Notes under the pieces: model-generated
Seen by the model: the letters and a program-made list of their open reading frames with translations, nothing else
Databases searched by the model: none
What the model was told of the DNA's origin: nothing
In this document: positions 1 through 7,761 of the stretch, one piece after another
How the letters are laid out: the number at the start of each line of letters is the position of its first letter
Position numbering within the stretch: the first letter of the stretch is position 1
Program-made: the position numbers and the translations under genes
Assembly: GCA_034432155.1 (NCBI GenBank)
Contig: DAOUCP010000043.1
Span: 4,878 to 68,877 of the forward strand
Reading direction: 5' to 3'
Length of the DNA stretch: 64,000 bases
DNA from: Anaerolineae bacterium
Lineage (GTDB): Bacteria > Chloroflexota > Anaerolineae > Epilineales > Epilineaceae

Positions 1-2063
1 GACTGGGGCCGGCTGACGCCAGCGTGGGCCGATCCGCCCTTCCCCGGCGGCTGGCCGTGTGGCGAGGGGGCCGAGTGGCCGATGGTCAGCGCCAGGCCCA
101 CCAGCGCTGCGGTCAGCAGGGCGCCAACGATGGCGGCCGAGGCGCCCGGAATGGAGCGGCTGGCCTGGATGCCAAGGGCGAGTACGCCCCACCCGATCAG
201 GCGCAGCCACGACCGTCGCCCGCTCAATAGGGGCGCCTCGCCGGGCAGGACATCCCCGGCCAGCCAGGCCGCTGGCAGTAGCAGCCACAGCGCCGGCAGT
301 CGCAGCGAACTGGCCAGCGAGGGCATGAGGAGGGGGGCGTGGCTGACGGCACCTACCGCCACACCACCGAGGAGGCCGGCCTCCTCGGCACGTAAGGGTG
401 CCTCGAATCCTGGCCCTGGCCCCTTGGGGGTAGCGATCAGCCAGCCGACAAGGACCCAGAACAGGAGCTCACCGGAGGCCGTTGGCAGGCTCAACATCGA
501 CTCGCTCAGATGCGCGGCGAGGGCTGCCACGCCGCCCGTCACGAGCCATCCGTCGTCACGCCTAGGAAAGTCGGCTGGCCGGACGGCTCGGGCCAGCACG
601 AACAGCAGGAGCCCGCCCAAGAGGCCCAGTGGCAAAGCGAGGCCCAGGTAGGGCAGCCGCCCGGGCAGGAAGACCGCCAGGGCGCCAAGGACGGTACCTC
701 CCAGTAGAGAGCCGACCAGCCAGCGGCGGTGGCTCGACGTGGCGGCCAGACCGAGGCGGTTCATGCCGACCCAGAAGGCGCCAGCATATAGGACAAGAAT
801 GGCGAGCACGCCCAGGATGCCGGCGGAAATCCACCACTCCCAGATCACGTTGTGGGCCGAATCGAAGGTCTGGCCGGGCGCGAGTCGAATGAGCGCATCA
901 GGCAGGTGCGGCGGAAGTACGTAGGCCAGATTCTGGGGGCCATAGCCAAGCCATATCCGCGCTGGCGCGGTGCGCGCCAGATCGGCCAGCGCCCGCCAAA
1001 GAAGAATCCGCTCCTGCGCGGTGCGCGAGGTGGGCGAGAGCACATCCAGAAGACGGTGGCCGCCCTGCTGTGACTGGCCAAGTAGCGCCAAGGCCAACGC
1101 CGTGATGGCCGCGCACGCGACGAGAGCCAAGGCCAGGCCCCGGCGGCCACGCCTGGCGGACCCCAAGACAGCCAGGAACAGGAGACCGGTGCCCAGGCCC
1201 AGGAGTGGTCCGCGGCTGCCGGAGGCCAGGACGCCCAGGACGGCGAGGCCAGCAACGACACCATCGAAGACCTGCCGCGGCCGGCCGGCCGGCGAGACGA
1301 CACTGGCGCGCTGTTCGAACAGATCGGCGAGGGCCAAGGGGGCGACCATAGCCAGGTAGGCACCCAGGAAGATGGGATTGCCCATAGGTCCGAACGGCCG
1401 CTCCAGCGTCGAACTGCCGTACACGCGCCATGGAATGCTGTCTACCCCAAAGCGCTGCAGCAAGGCATACAGCGTGACCGGCGTGACGGGCAATAGGAGG
1501 GCATAGCGGATGCGGCTTGCCGCACCTGGCAAGCGAAAGGCCAGAGCCAGGCCGAAGCACAGGGTGACGTAGCTGGCGTGCACCAGCAAACCGTGACCGC
1601 GCCGGTAAGCACCCCAAAGGCTGACGGAGGGAACGGGCGAGGCAACGGTTGCCGCCGTCATGAGGCCCAGCGTCAAAAGTACAGCCCATGCAAGCGGTGG
1701 CACGCGGCGCAACCCCGGCAGCACTGTTTCACGGCCGAAGGGGGCATGCAGACCGATGGTGGCCATCGCCAAGCCGGTCAACAGGGCCAACCAGACGATC
1801 CACGCCAGCTTGTCAGGTTCGAAGACGCGCTCCGTACGGGGGTTAAAGTACAGGGGCACGGCAACGAGGGCCACGGGAGCACTGGCGGCCAGGAGGCCCC
1901 AGGCGAGCGCCTCGAGGCCAAGCTGGCGGCGCAAGACGGCCGGGAGCGCCACGGTCAGACGGCCCAGCGTTCGGCCAGCACCGGCGCCCGTCGTTTGGAC
2001 CGGCCGATCCGGAGAGCGGCGCCGGCGTGCGTTGAGTGGCGTGCGGTGCGTCTTCACGCGCAT
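1..2063 (-). CDS. O-antigen ligase (Wzy_C) family polytopic membrane protein; 3' end runs off window start
   Basis: Not in the ORF track because the minus-strand frame has no stop inside the window. Hand translation from ATG at 2063..2061 gives MRVKTHRTPLNARRR..., many hydrophobic segments, and the motifs RPFGPMGNPIFLGAYLAMVAP and DSAHNVIWEWWISAGILGVL (H-N...E ligase-type signature). The frame checks as the same at 2061, 1347 and 918. Confidence 0.6.
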   Translation of the reverse strand, partial: MRVKTHRTPLNARRRRSPDRPVQTTGAGAGRTLGRLTVALPAVLRRQLGLEALAWGLLAASAPVALVAVPLYFNPRTERVFEPDKLAWIVWLALLTGLAMATIGLHAPFGRETVLPGLRRVPPLAWAVLLTLGLMTAATVASPVPSVSLWGAYRRGHGLLVHASYVTLCFGLALAFRLPGAASRIRYALLLPVTPVTLYALLQRFGVDSIPWRVYGSSTLERPFGPMGNPIFLGAYLAMVAPLALADLFEQRASVVSPAGRPRQVFDGVVAGLAVLGVLASGSRGPLLGLGTGLLFLAVLGSARRGRRGLALALVACAAITALALALLGQSQQGGHRLLDVLSPTSRTAQERILLWRALADLARTAPARIWLGYGPQNLAYVLPPHLPDALIRLAPGQTFDSAHNVIWEWWISAGILGVLAILVLYAGAFWVGMNRLGLAATSSHRRWLVGSLLGGTVLGALAVFLPGRLPYLGLALPLGLLGGLLLFVLARAVRPADFPRRDDGWLVTGGVAALAAHLSESMLSLPTASGELLFWVLVGWLIATPKGPGPGFEAPLRAEEAGLLGGVAVGAVSHAPLLMPSLASSLRLPALWLLLPAAWLAGDVLPGEAPLLSGRRSWLRLIGWGVLALGIQASRSIPGASAAIVGALLTAALVGLALTIGHSAPSPHGQPPGKGGSAHAGVSRPQ

Positions 2064-2095
2064 CTGGGCCCTCTGCCGATGGCGATGGTCGTCCC

Positions 2096-2767
2096 CTAGC
2101 CCCGGTGCCGGACGAACTGATAGCCCTCGCCAGGGACGGTGACGATCACCTGCGGTCGGTTGGGGTTCGGCTCGAGCTTCTGGCGCAAACGCCAGATGTA
2201 CTGCTTGAGTACTTCATCGGACTGCTGGTCGTCCTGCCGGTCCCACACGTCGCGAAGGATGGTTTGGGCGCTAACCGGCTGATCGGCATGCTCGATGAGA
2301 AAGCGCAGGAGGCTGTGCTCGCGCCCTGTCAGGTGCGCCGAGTGACCTCCAGCCCAAACCTGTCGCAGTTGGAAGTTGACCCACACCCGGCTGTCGGCGT
2401 AGATGGCCGCCGCCCCGGTAGTCGAACTGCCCCCCGACAGGGCTGTCCGTCGCAAGCTGGCCTCACAACGAGCTACGACTTCGTCCGGCGGCGTGCTCGG
2501 CGTCACGCAGTCGTCGGCGCCCAGCTCGAAGCCGCGCCGCATGTCCGCGGCACTGGACACGAGCAGAATCAGCCGGCCGGTCGAGTACAACCGAGCCTGG
2601 TCCCAGCGATCGTCACTTACCACGTCGACGATGGCCAGATCTGGCGCCGGCTCGCTCACCGGCACCGGGCTCACGTGCACCACGTGGCCGGCTTTGCGCA
2701 ACCGCTCGGACACCGGCCGGTACTTCTCCGGTGCTCCGGTCAGCAGGAGGATAGTGCGACGGCGCAT
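2096..2767 (-). CDS. OmpR-family response regulator with atypical/degenerate receiver (acidic DD pocket replaced: MRRRTILLLTGAPEKY), winged-helix C-terminus
   Basis: ORF 2096..2953, trimmed to the internal M (MRRRTILLL) because the upstream part overlaps the neighbouring regulator. The C-terminus has an OmpR wHTH (LRQKLEPNPNRPQVIVTVPGEGYQFV). The receiver keeps a candidate phospho-Asp (LAIVDVVSDD) but lacks the N-terminal DD pair. Confidence 0.7.
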   Translation of the reverse strand: MRRRTILLLTGAPEKYRPVSERLRKAGHVVHVSPVPVSEPAPDLAIVDVVSDDRWDQARLYSTGRLILLVSSAADMRRGFELGADDCVTPSTPPDEVVARCEASLRRTALSGGSSTTGAAAIYADSRVWVNFQLRQVWAGGHSAHLTGREHSLLRFLIEHADQPVSAQTILRDVWDRQDDQQSDEVLKQYIWRLRQKLEPNPNRPQVIVTVPGEGYQFVRHRG

Positions 2768-2786
2768 GGAATCCCTCGCCAGGGCG

Positions 2787-3482
2787 CTACTGCGCCGGAT
2801 GGAACCGGTAGCCCACGCCACGCTCGGTGCGCAGGTACGTGGGGCGATGGGGATCGAGCTCGATCTTGCGTCGCAGATGGTGCACGTGCACGCGCAAGGT
2901 GGCCTCAGCGTCGGCATAGGAATCGCCCCACACGGCGCGCAACAGTTCTTCACTGGCGACCGGCTGGTTGGGGTGTTGCACCAGGTAGCTCAGCAGGCCG
3001 TACTCAGTGGGTGTCAGCTCGACGGCCACCCCATCGACCCGCACTTCCTGGCTGGCCAGGTCAACGACTAGGTGTTCGTCGGCGTAACGCGTTGGTCGTT
3101 CGAGGTAGGGGCGCGCTTTGACGCGCCGAGTTACGGCGCGCACGCGCAACCGCAGCTCATCCACGTCGAAAGGCTTGGCCACATAGTCGTCCGCTCCCAA
3201 CTGCAATCCGCGCACCCGCGCCTCCATCTCCTTGGTGGCGGTGACGATGATGATCGGCGTGTCCCAAACCTCACGGATGCGCTGGCAGGTCAGCCAGCCG
3301 TCCATCAGTGGCATCGACAGATCGAGCAGAATGAGGTCCGGCCGCAGCTCGTGGGCCATGCGCAGTGCCGCCAGACCGTCGTCGGCTTCGAAGACTTCCA
3401 GGCCCTCGGGCTCGAGCACCATGCGCAGCAGCTGCCGAGCGGCCGGGTCGTCGTCGACGACCAGCACGCGCCGGCGCTTCAT
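2787..3482 (-). CDS. OmpR-family two-component response regulator (canonical receiver + wHTH)
   Basis: MKRRRVLVVDDDPAARQLL...LILLDLSMPLMDG...LQLGADDYVAKPF...TEYGLLSYLVQHPNQP...VGYRF. The start was chosen at M23 of the track ORF (cat at 3480-3482), giving a 4-bp overlap with the kinase stop (translational coupling). Confidence 0.85.
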   Translation of the reverse strand: MKRRRVLVVDDDPAARQLLRMVLEPEGLEVFEADDGLAALRMAHELRPDLILLDLSMPLMDGWLTCQRIREVWDTPIIIVTATKEMEARVRGLQLGADDYVAKPFDVDELRLRVRAVTRRVKARPYLERPTRYADEHLVVDLASQEVRVDGVAVELTPTEYGLLSYLVQHPNQPVASEELLRAVWGDSYADAEATLRVHVHHLRRKIELDPHRPTYLRTERGVGYRFHPAQ

Positions 3483-4609
3483 TCGGACGGGGCAGCGGGG
3501 AGCACGAAGGCCATGCACGTGCCGGATCGCGATGTGCGGGCGATCCACAGACGACCGCCGTGGCCGTGAATGATGCTACGGGCCAGATACAGTCCCAGGC
3601 CGTAGCCTTCCTGGCCTGCAGCGGCATGTCCTCGGCCAAAGGGCGCGAAGACGCGCTCCCGGTCCTCCGGTCGGATGCCCGGACCGTCATCGCAGACGTC
3701 GACGCGCACGTGCTCGCCCGACCGGGCGACGGTGATGGTGACGTGACCGCCGGCAGCGTATTTGGCGGCATTGGCAACGAGTTGCTCAAACACCTGGCCG
3801 ATCTGCACCGCGTCGCCACGCGCCAGTCCTGGTTGGCCTTCGGCGCGGACCGAGAAGTGGGTACCCACGCCCGCCTGCTCCGCGGCGATCCGGTAGGGCG
3901 CCACCACCGCCTCCGCCATAGCCACCAGGTCCAGGGGTTCCAGGCGGACAAGCCGGCGCCCCTCAGCTGCCACGGCATCCAAGAGCGCCTCAAGTCGCGC
4001 CAAGAGCCTGCCGCTCTGGCCTTCGATGATGCCCAAGGCGGCCTTGACGCTTTCCGTGTCACCGGCTGTGAGGTTGCGAGTGGCGAGCTGGGCGGCGACC
4101 CGCACGTTGGAGAGCGGAGAACGCAGGTCATGGCCCACCAGGGCCAGGAACTCGTCGCGGGTCTTGGCGTCGAACTTGCCGACACCCAGTGCCTGCAGGC
4201 AGACACTCACGGTGTCTGCAGCCAGATCGGCCAATTCCCCCTCCCCGTCGCCCGGAGGGACGCAGCGCAGCAGGGCTACGGCGCCCACCGGTCGGGGAGT
4301 TGCCCGGAGCGGCAGGGCCAGCCAGTCACCATCGGTGGAACGGCCGACGACAAGGGCCCGATCGAGTACTGCCTCCGGAGCCGTAAGCGCGTGCTCGTCG
4401 CGGGGCGGCCAGTCGGCCACCAGCACCAAGCCACTCTCCTCCTCCAACCAGACCTCGCAGCGCTCCGCCTGCAGCCAGCCCGCGAGCTCGCGCGCTGCCT
4501 GGGCCGCGAACGCCGCTGGCTCGATGGCGTCCAAGGCTAGCCTGGGCAAGGAAACGAGTGGCCGCAGGTGAACGGTGGTGATCGCCGGATAGGCAACGGG
4601 GTCGTGCAT
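3479..4609 (-). CDS. Sensor histidine kinase (cytoplasmic; GAF/PAS-like N-terminus, HisKA H-box LVGHDLRSPL, HATPase_c DDGPGI...GYGLGL)
   Basis: ORF 3479..4708. The internal start MHDPVAYPA at 4609 is preferred because the 4610-4762 region is a repeat array. The alternative start at 4708 cannot be excluded. No TM segments. Confidence 0.75.
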   Translation of the reverse strand: MHDPVAYPAITTVHLRPLVSLPRLALDAIEPAAFAAQAARELAGWLQAERCEVWLEEESGLVLVADWPPRDEHALTAPEAVLDRALVVGRSTDGDWLALPLRATPRPVGAVALLRCVPPGDGEGELADLAADTVSVCLQALGVGKFDAKTRDEFLALVGHDLRSPLSNVRVAAQLATRNLTAGDTESVKAALGIIEGQSGRLLARLEALLDAVAAEGRRLVRLEPLDLVAMAEAVVAPYRIAAEQAGVGTHFSVRAEGQPGLARGDAVQIGQVFEQLVANAAKYAAGGHVTITVARSGEHVRVDVCDDGPGIRPEDRERVFAPFGRGHAAAGQEGYGLGLYLARSIIHGHGGRLWIARTSRSGTCMAFVLPAAPSE

Positions 4610-4647
4610 CAGTGGTCCCCAAGCGCTGGCTTGCGACCGGGCCGGTG

Positions 4648-4762
4648 GCTCCAAGAAGCTTCTCGCTCCGCGATCGGCTTGCAGAAGGCTTCCCGCTGCG
4701 CGATGCACCTGAGCAGGCTTCTCACTGCGCGATCCACCTGAGAAAGCTTTCCGCTCCGCGAT
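4648..4762. repeat. Four tandem imperfect ~29-30 bp direct repeats (GCTTCYCGCTSCGCGATS-CACYTG...) in the upstream region of the HK-RR-RR operon
   Basis: The units start near 4648, 4678, 4707 and 4736. All four conserve GCTTC..CGC..CGCGAT. The period of about 29.5 bp is roughly 3 helical turns. Confidence 0.7.
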
Positions 4763-4796
4763 CCACTTGCCGCCGGAGGCTGGCCGTCTTAATCCC

Positions 4797-4812
4797 GCGC
4801 TAACAGGATTAT
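4797..4812 (-). promoter_or_regulatory. Candidate -10 promoter element GGCACGGCTATAAT (minus strand) upstream of the two-component operon
   Basis: On the minus strand the sequence reads GTGGCACGGCTATAATCC. An identical 14-mer GGCACGGCTATAAT lies 13 nt upstream of the sigma-54 activator ATG (10555-10568). TATAAT hexamers are very rare in this 70% GC window. Confidence 0.4.
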
Positions 4813-4844
4813 AGCCGTGCCACGGGGTGGCGTCCAGCCGCCGC

Positions 4845-6149
4845 CTACTTCAGCCAGAGGCCGATTTCGTCGATCTGGCTGCCGTAGTCATGGCCCGAAG
4901 CCACGATCTCGCAGCGCCGCAAGCGCACGGGGATAGGCAGCTGCCGCGCGGCGAAGCCAAAAGGATTGGCTTCCGCGAGCAGATTGCCACTCTGGAAGCG
5001 GTACCACTCCGCCATGGGCACTTGTACATCGTAGGCCTGGATCTCGGCCAGGTGCGGATCGTCCGGCAGCGGCGGTCGGGCGTAAAAACCGACGCGCCAG
5101 CGGTAGTCGTCCCCGGAGGCGCTCTCGTACACCAGGTTGAGGATGACGGGGAACTCCGTGCGCTGTGTACCGCCCCCCGGCAGTGACTGGAAGGTAATCC
5201 GTAGGGTGGCGCTGATGCCGATGTACGTGCATTCGCTCACGTCCAGATGTTCCAGGGACTGCGCATAAAGCATGGTGCCGGGAGTCCCCTGCGACCCCAG
5301 CCGCTCGAAGGTGAGGACCGATCGCCCGTCGGGCAGAAGCTCGTTCAGGGCACGACCGGGATCGGACCGGGCAATGGTTGGTGACACCTGACGATCGAAG
5401 GTCCAGTCAGCCGGACCCTGCGTCTCGGCTGCAGATTGGGCAAAGTCAGGGTTACGCAAACGGTTCTCGAGCGCCGGCAACGGGCCGTGCAGATCCCTTT
5501 CGCCCTGTGCCACGGCCCGCTGGTCGGTGGCCAGCTTGACGCGCGCCTGGCCACGGCTGAGGTAGGCTTCACCGGACGTGACTACCACCGTGAGCTGGTC
5601 GGCAGTGAGGCGCAACCGGATTCGCGCCTCGGGTTGCAGGTCGACGACTCCGTGCGCGGTGACGATGGCATACGCGGTGTCACCCCAAGCCGCACCGGCT
5701 GACAAGCGCGCTTCGGCCCCTGGCTCAGGCTCCGCCCGAATGCGAATGTGCCGGGGCTGCCGGCCGATCCGGAATCGGCTTCTGCGGACAGCGAGCAGCT
5801 GGACGCGAGTTGTCGGTGCCAGATGCAGCGTCGAGCCGTCGGCGAACTGCACGAACGCTTTGGAGGTGCTGTCGGTACTGATCCAGCTGCCCTCGCTGAC
5901 CTCGCGGGGTTCGGCACCCTGCAACAGGATCGGCATGCCGGCCGGCGACTGAACGGCTACCGAACCCAGCTTGGGCTCGACGATCGCTCTCTCGCCGGAG
6001 GTGGCCGAGCGGGCGTAGTGCAGCGCCAGCGCCGGCAGCCCGATCGCCAAGGCGCCGAAGAGCAGGGTGCCAAGACCCAAGACGGCCCAAGCCAGAGCTT
6101 GCACCCGCTGAACTTCGCGCGGCGCGAGGCCGCCGACGTTGGACGCCAC
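4845..6149 (-). CDS. Hypothetical protein with N-terminal signal-anchor (single TM) and large extracytoplasmic domain
   Basis: 434-aa ORF. The N-terminal hydrophobic stretch is LAWAVLGLGTLLFGALAIGLPALAL. It is on the same strand and closely spaced with its neighbours. I recognise no confident family. Confidence 0.55.
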   Translation of the reverse strand: MASNVGGLAPREVQRVQALAWAVLGLGTLLFGALAIGLPALALHYARSATSGERAIVEPKLGSVAVQSPAGMPILLQGAEPREVSEGSWISTDSTSKAFVQFADGSTLHLAPTTRVQLLAVRRSRFRIGRQPRHIRIRAEPEPGAEARLSAGAAWGDTAYAIVTAHGVVDLQPEARIRLRLTADQLTVVVTSGEAYLSRGQARVKLATDQRAVAQGERDLHGPLPALENRLRNPDFAQSAAETQGPADWTFDRQVSPTIARSDPGRALNELLPDGRSVLTFERLGSQGTPGTMLYAQSLEHLDVSECTYIGISATLRITFQSLPGGGTQRTEFPVILNLVYESASGDDYRWRVGFYARPPLPDDPHLAEIQAYDVQVPMAEWYRFQSGNLLAEANPFGFAARQLPIPVRLRRCEIVASGHDYGSQIDEIGLWLK

Positions 6150-6202
6150 TTGCCTCAGCCTAGCGGTGCGGGATGGCCAAAGGGCCGTTGACGGCAGCTC
6201 GC

Positions 6203-6898
6203 TCAGTCACGCGAGCTCGCGCTGCCGACCCGGCCCACCCAGTACAGGCGTTGCAACACGGCGCCCAGCGCCGCGGCAACATACGTCAAAGCAGCGGCAT
6301 TGAGAACCTGGCTCACCCCCCGCTGTTCGTCGCCCGAGACGACCAGGCCAAGCTCGCGGAGGTTGTTGCGCGCTCGACGGCTGGCATCGAATTCCACCGG
6401 CAGGGTCACGATCGTGAAGGCCACAGCCAGACCAAACAAGAGCACGCCCAGCCAGGCCAGGTTGAGAATGCCAGTGATGAGGCCGAGGATCACGATCCAG
6501 ACGCCCAGGTTGGAACCTAGGTTCGCCGCCGGCACGAGCATCGAGCGCAGTCGCAACAACGAACTACCGGTGCGATGCTGCTCGGCGTGACCTAGCTCGT
6601 GAGCCACGACGGCCATCGCTGCGACCGACGGCTGCCGAGACGAGTCGGACAGGTGAATCGTGCGGGTGCGTGGATCGTAGTAGTCGGTGAGTTGGCCGGC
6701 AACGGACTCGACGCCGACATTCGTGAGGCCGCGATTGGCCATTATGATCTGGGCCGTCTCAAGCCCGGTGATTTGCCGCTGCGTTGCCACCCGACTCCAC
6801 CGACCGAACGTGGTTCGGACATGCCATTGGGCCAACGCCCCGATGATGAGGGTCGGTAGGAAGATACAGACGAGATACTGTGGATCATAGAAAAGCAT
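6203..6898 (-). CDS. Zinc metallopeptidase (membrane, HExxH: VVAHELGHAEQH; PF04298-like)
   Basis: The start MLFYDPQYLVCIFLP is typical of this family. An HEXXH motif is followed by C-terminal TM helices. The track ORF extends 6 codons further upstream, to 6916. Confidence 0.7.
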   Translation of the reverse strand: MLFYDPQYLVCIFLPTLIIGALAQWHVRTTFGRWSRVATQRQITGLETAQIIMANRGLTNVGVESVAGQLTDYYDPRTRTIHLSDSSRQPSVAAMAVVAHELGHAEQHRTGSSLLRLRSMLVPAANLGSNLGVWIVILGLITGILNLAWLGVLLFGLAVAFTIVTLPVEFDASRRARNNLRELGLVVSGDEQRGVSQVLNAAALTYVAAALGAVLQRLYWVGRVGSASSRD

Positions 6899-7042
6899 CT
6901 TGCCACCTCCATCCATGTTCGTGTTCTCGCCTAGCAGACCAGATGCTCCGGTGAGCTGCCGGCCGCGGAGGCAAGGATGCCCCTTTCCACCGGCCGGCCG
7001 ATGTCGCCCAGGGCGGCATGGCGCTTGCCAGGCCGTCGCCGG

Positions 7043-7609
7043 TCACGGGCGAGTTCCGGCGCGCTGGGGCCCGAAGATGTCTTCGAGCACGGAGAGCACC
7101 TGGCGGTCGGTGCCAACATAGATCACGAGCAGCCGTCCGCCCGCGAACACATGGGGCGAGCCCAGCCAATCCACTGCCGTTCGGCTACCGTCCGCTTGCC
7201 CGATGACGTGCCCGTCAGCGGAGAATCGGGCGACCGCTTCGGAGGCTTCCTCGTCGGTCGGAAACTCGTGCACCTCGAGACTGTCTTCGCCCCGCCGGTA
7301 GATCCATGCCGGTGCCTCCAGAAACTCGAGTTGCTGCTGTCCCTCGCCCGTGAAGGCCACACCCCGCTGGGCCAAGGCGGCCTCGAGCTCGGCAACGCTG
7401 TGAGCCAGCGGCGTCGCACTGGCAGTCGGCACGGCATTCCCCAGCCGGGCTTCCGGCGGTGGCGGCGTCGGCGCTGGTCCGCAGGCGACCAACGCCAGCA
7501 GAATCGCCCCGGCCGCCATGCCGGCCGCAGGGGCGAACACGGCACCATGTTCCACTCCGGCCGCCGCCGCATCACGTGTGTTACGCAGACCCTGTCTGCC
7601 TCGAGGCAC
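7043..7609 (-). CDS. Hypothetical lipoprotein (lipobox LVAC-G)
   Basis: ORF 7043..7744. A minus-strand -10-like GCTACAATGGGCG at ~7636..7626 lies inside the long track ORF. The start is therefore placed at the GTG at 7609 (n-region VPRGRQGLRNTRD, then AAGMAAGAILLALVAC). The alternative is the ATG at 7519. Confidence 0.45.
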   Translation of the reverse strand: MPRGRQGLRNTRDAAAAGVEHGAVFAPAAGMAAGAILLALVACGPAPTPPPPEARLGNAVPTASATPLAHSVAELEAALAQRGVAFTGEGQQQLEFLEAPAWIYRRGEDSLEVHEFPTDEEASEAVARFSADGHVIGQADGSRTAVDWLGSPHVFAGGRLLVIYVGTDRQVLSVLEDIFGPQRAGTRP

Positions 7610-7761
7610 CGCGAACTGCTCCGAGCGCCCATTGTAGCGTGCGGTCGCGTTCGGAGAGAAGGTGGGGCAGCGCGGATCAGCGCGCAGTGGCAGCCGTGGC
7701 GTTCGGCCGCTCGGCGCCGACGTACCGAGCCGCCCGAGCACCACCGCCGCTGTCGCTGGAT

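Noticed and set aside
845-1689. Track ORFs 845..1363- and 898..1689- in the first 2 kb
   Set aside because: They are alternative frames of the same minus strand. A third frame, absent from the track because it runs off the window start, encodes a coherent polytopic O-antigen-ligase-like protein from 2063 down to position 1.
2096-2953. Track start codons for several genes (2096..2953, 2787..3548, 21003, 26735, 39241, 41846, 49298, 52294, 57634, 36774, 7744, 14329)
   Set aside because: The longest-ORF starts overlap upstream genes, run through repeat arrays, or include a promoter -10 inside the ORF. Internal ATG/GTG starts with an RBS or 4-bp coupling overlaps were preferred. The exact starts remain uncertain.
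4797-4812. Sigma-54 promoter at GTGGCACGGCTATAAT
   Set aside because: It has a TGGCAC -24-like box, but the -12 position reads CTAT/TAAT instead of TTGC. It fits a sigma-70-type -10 better.
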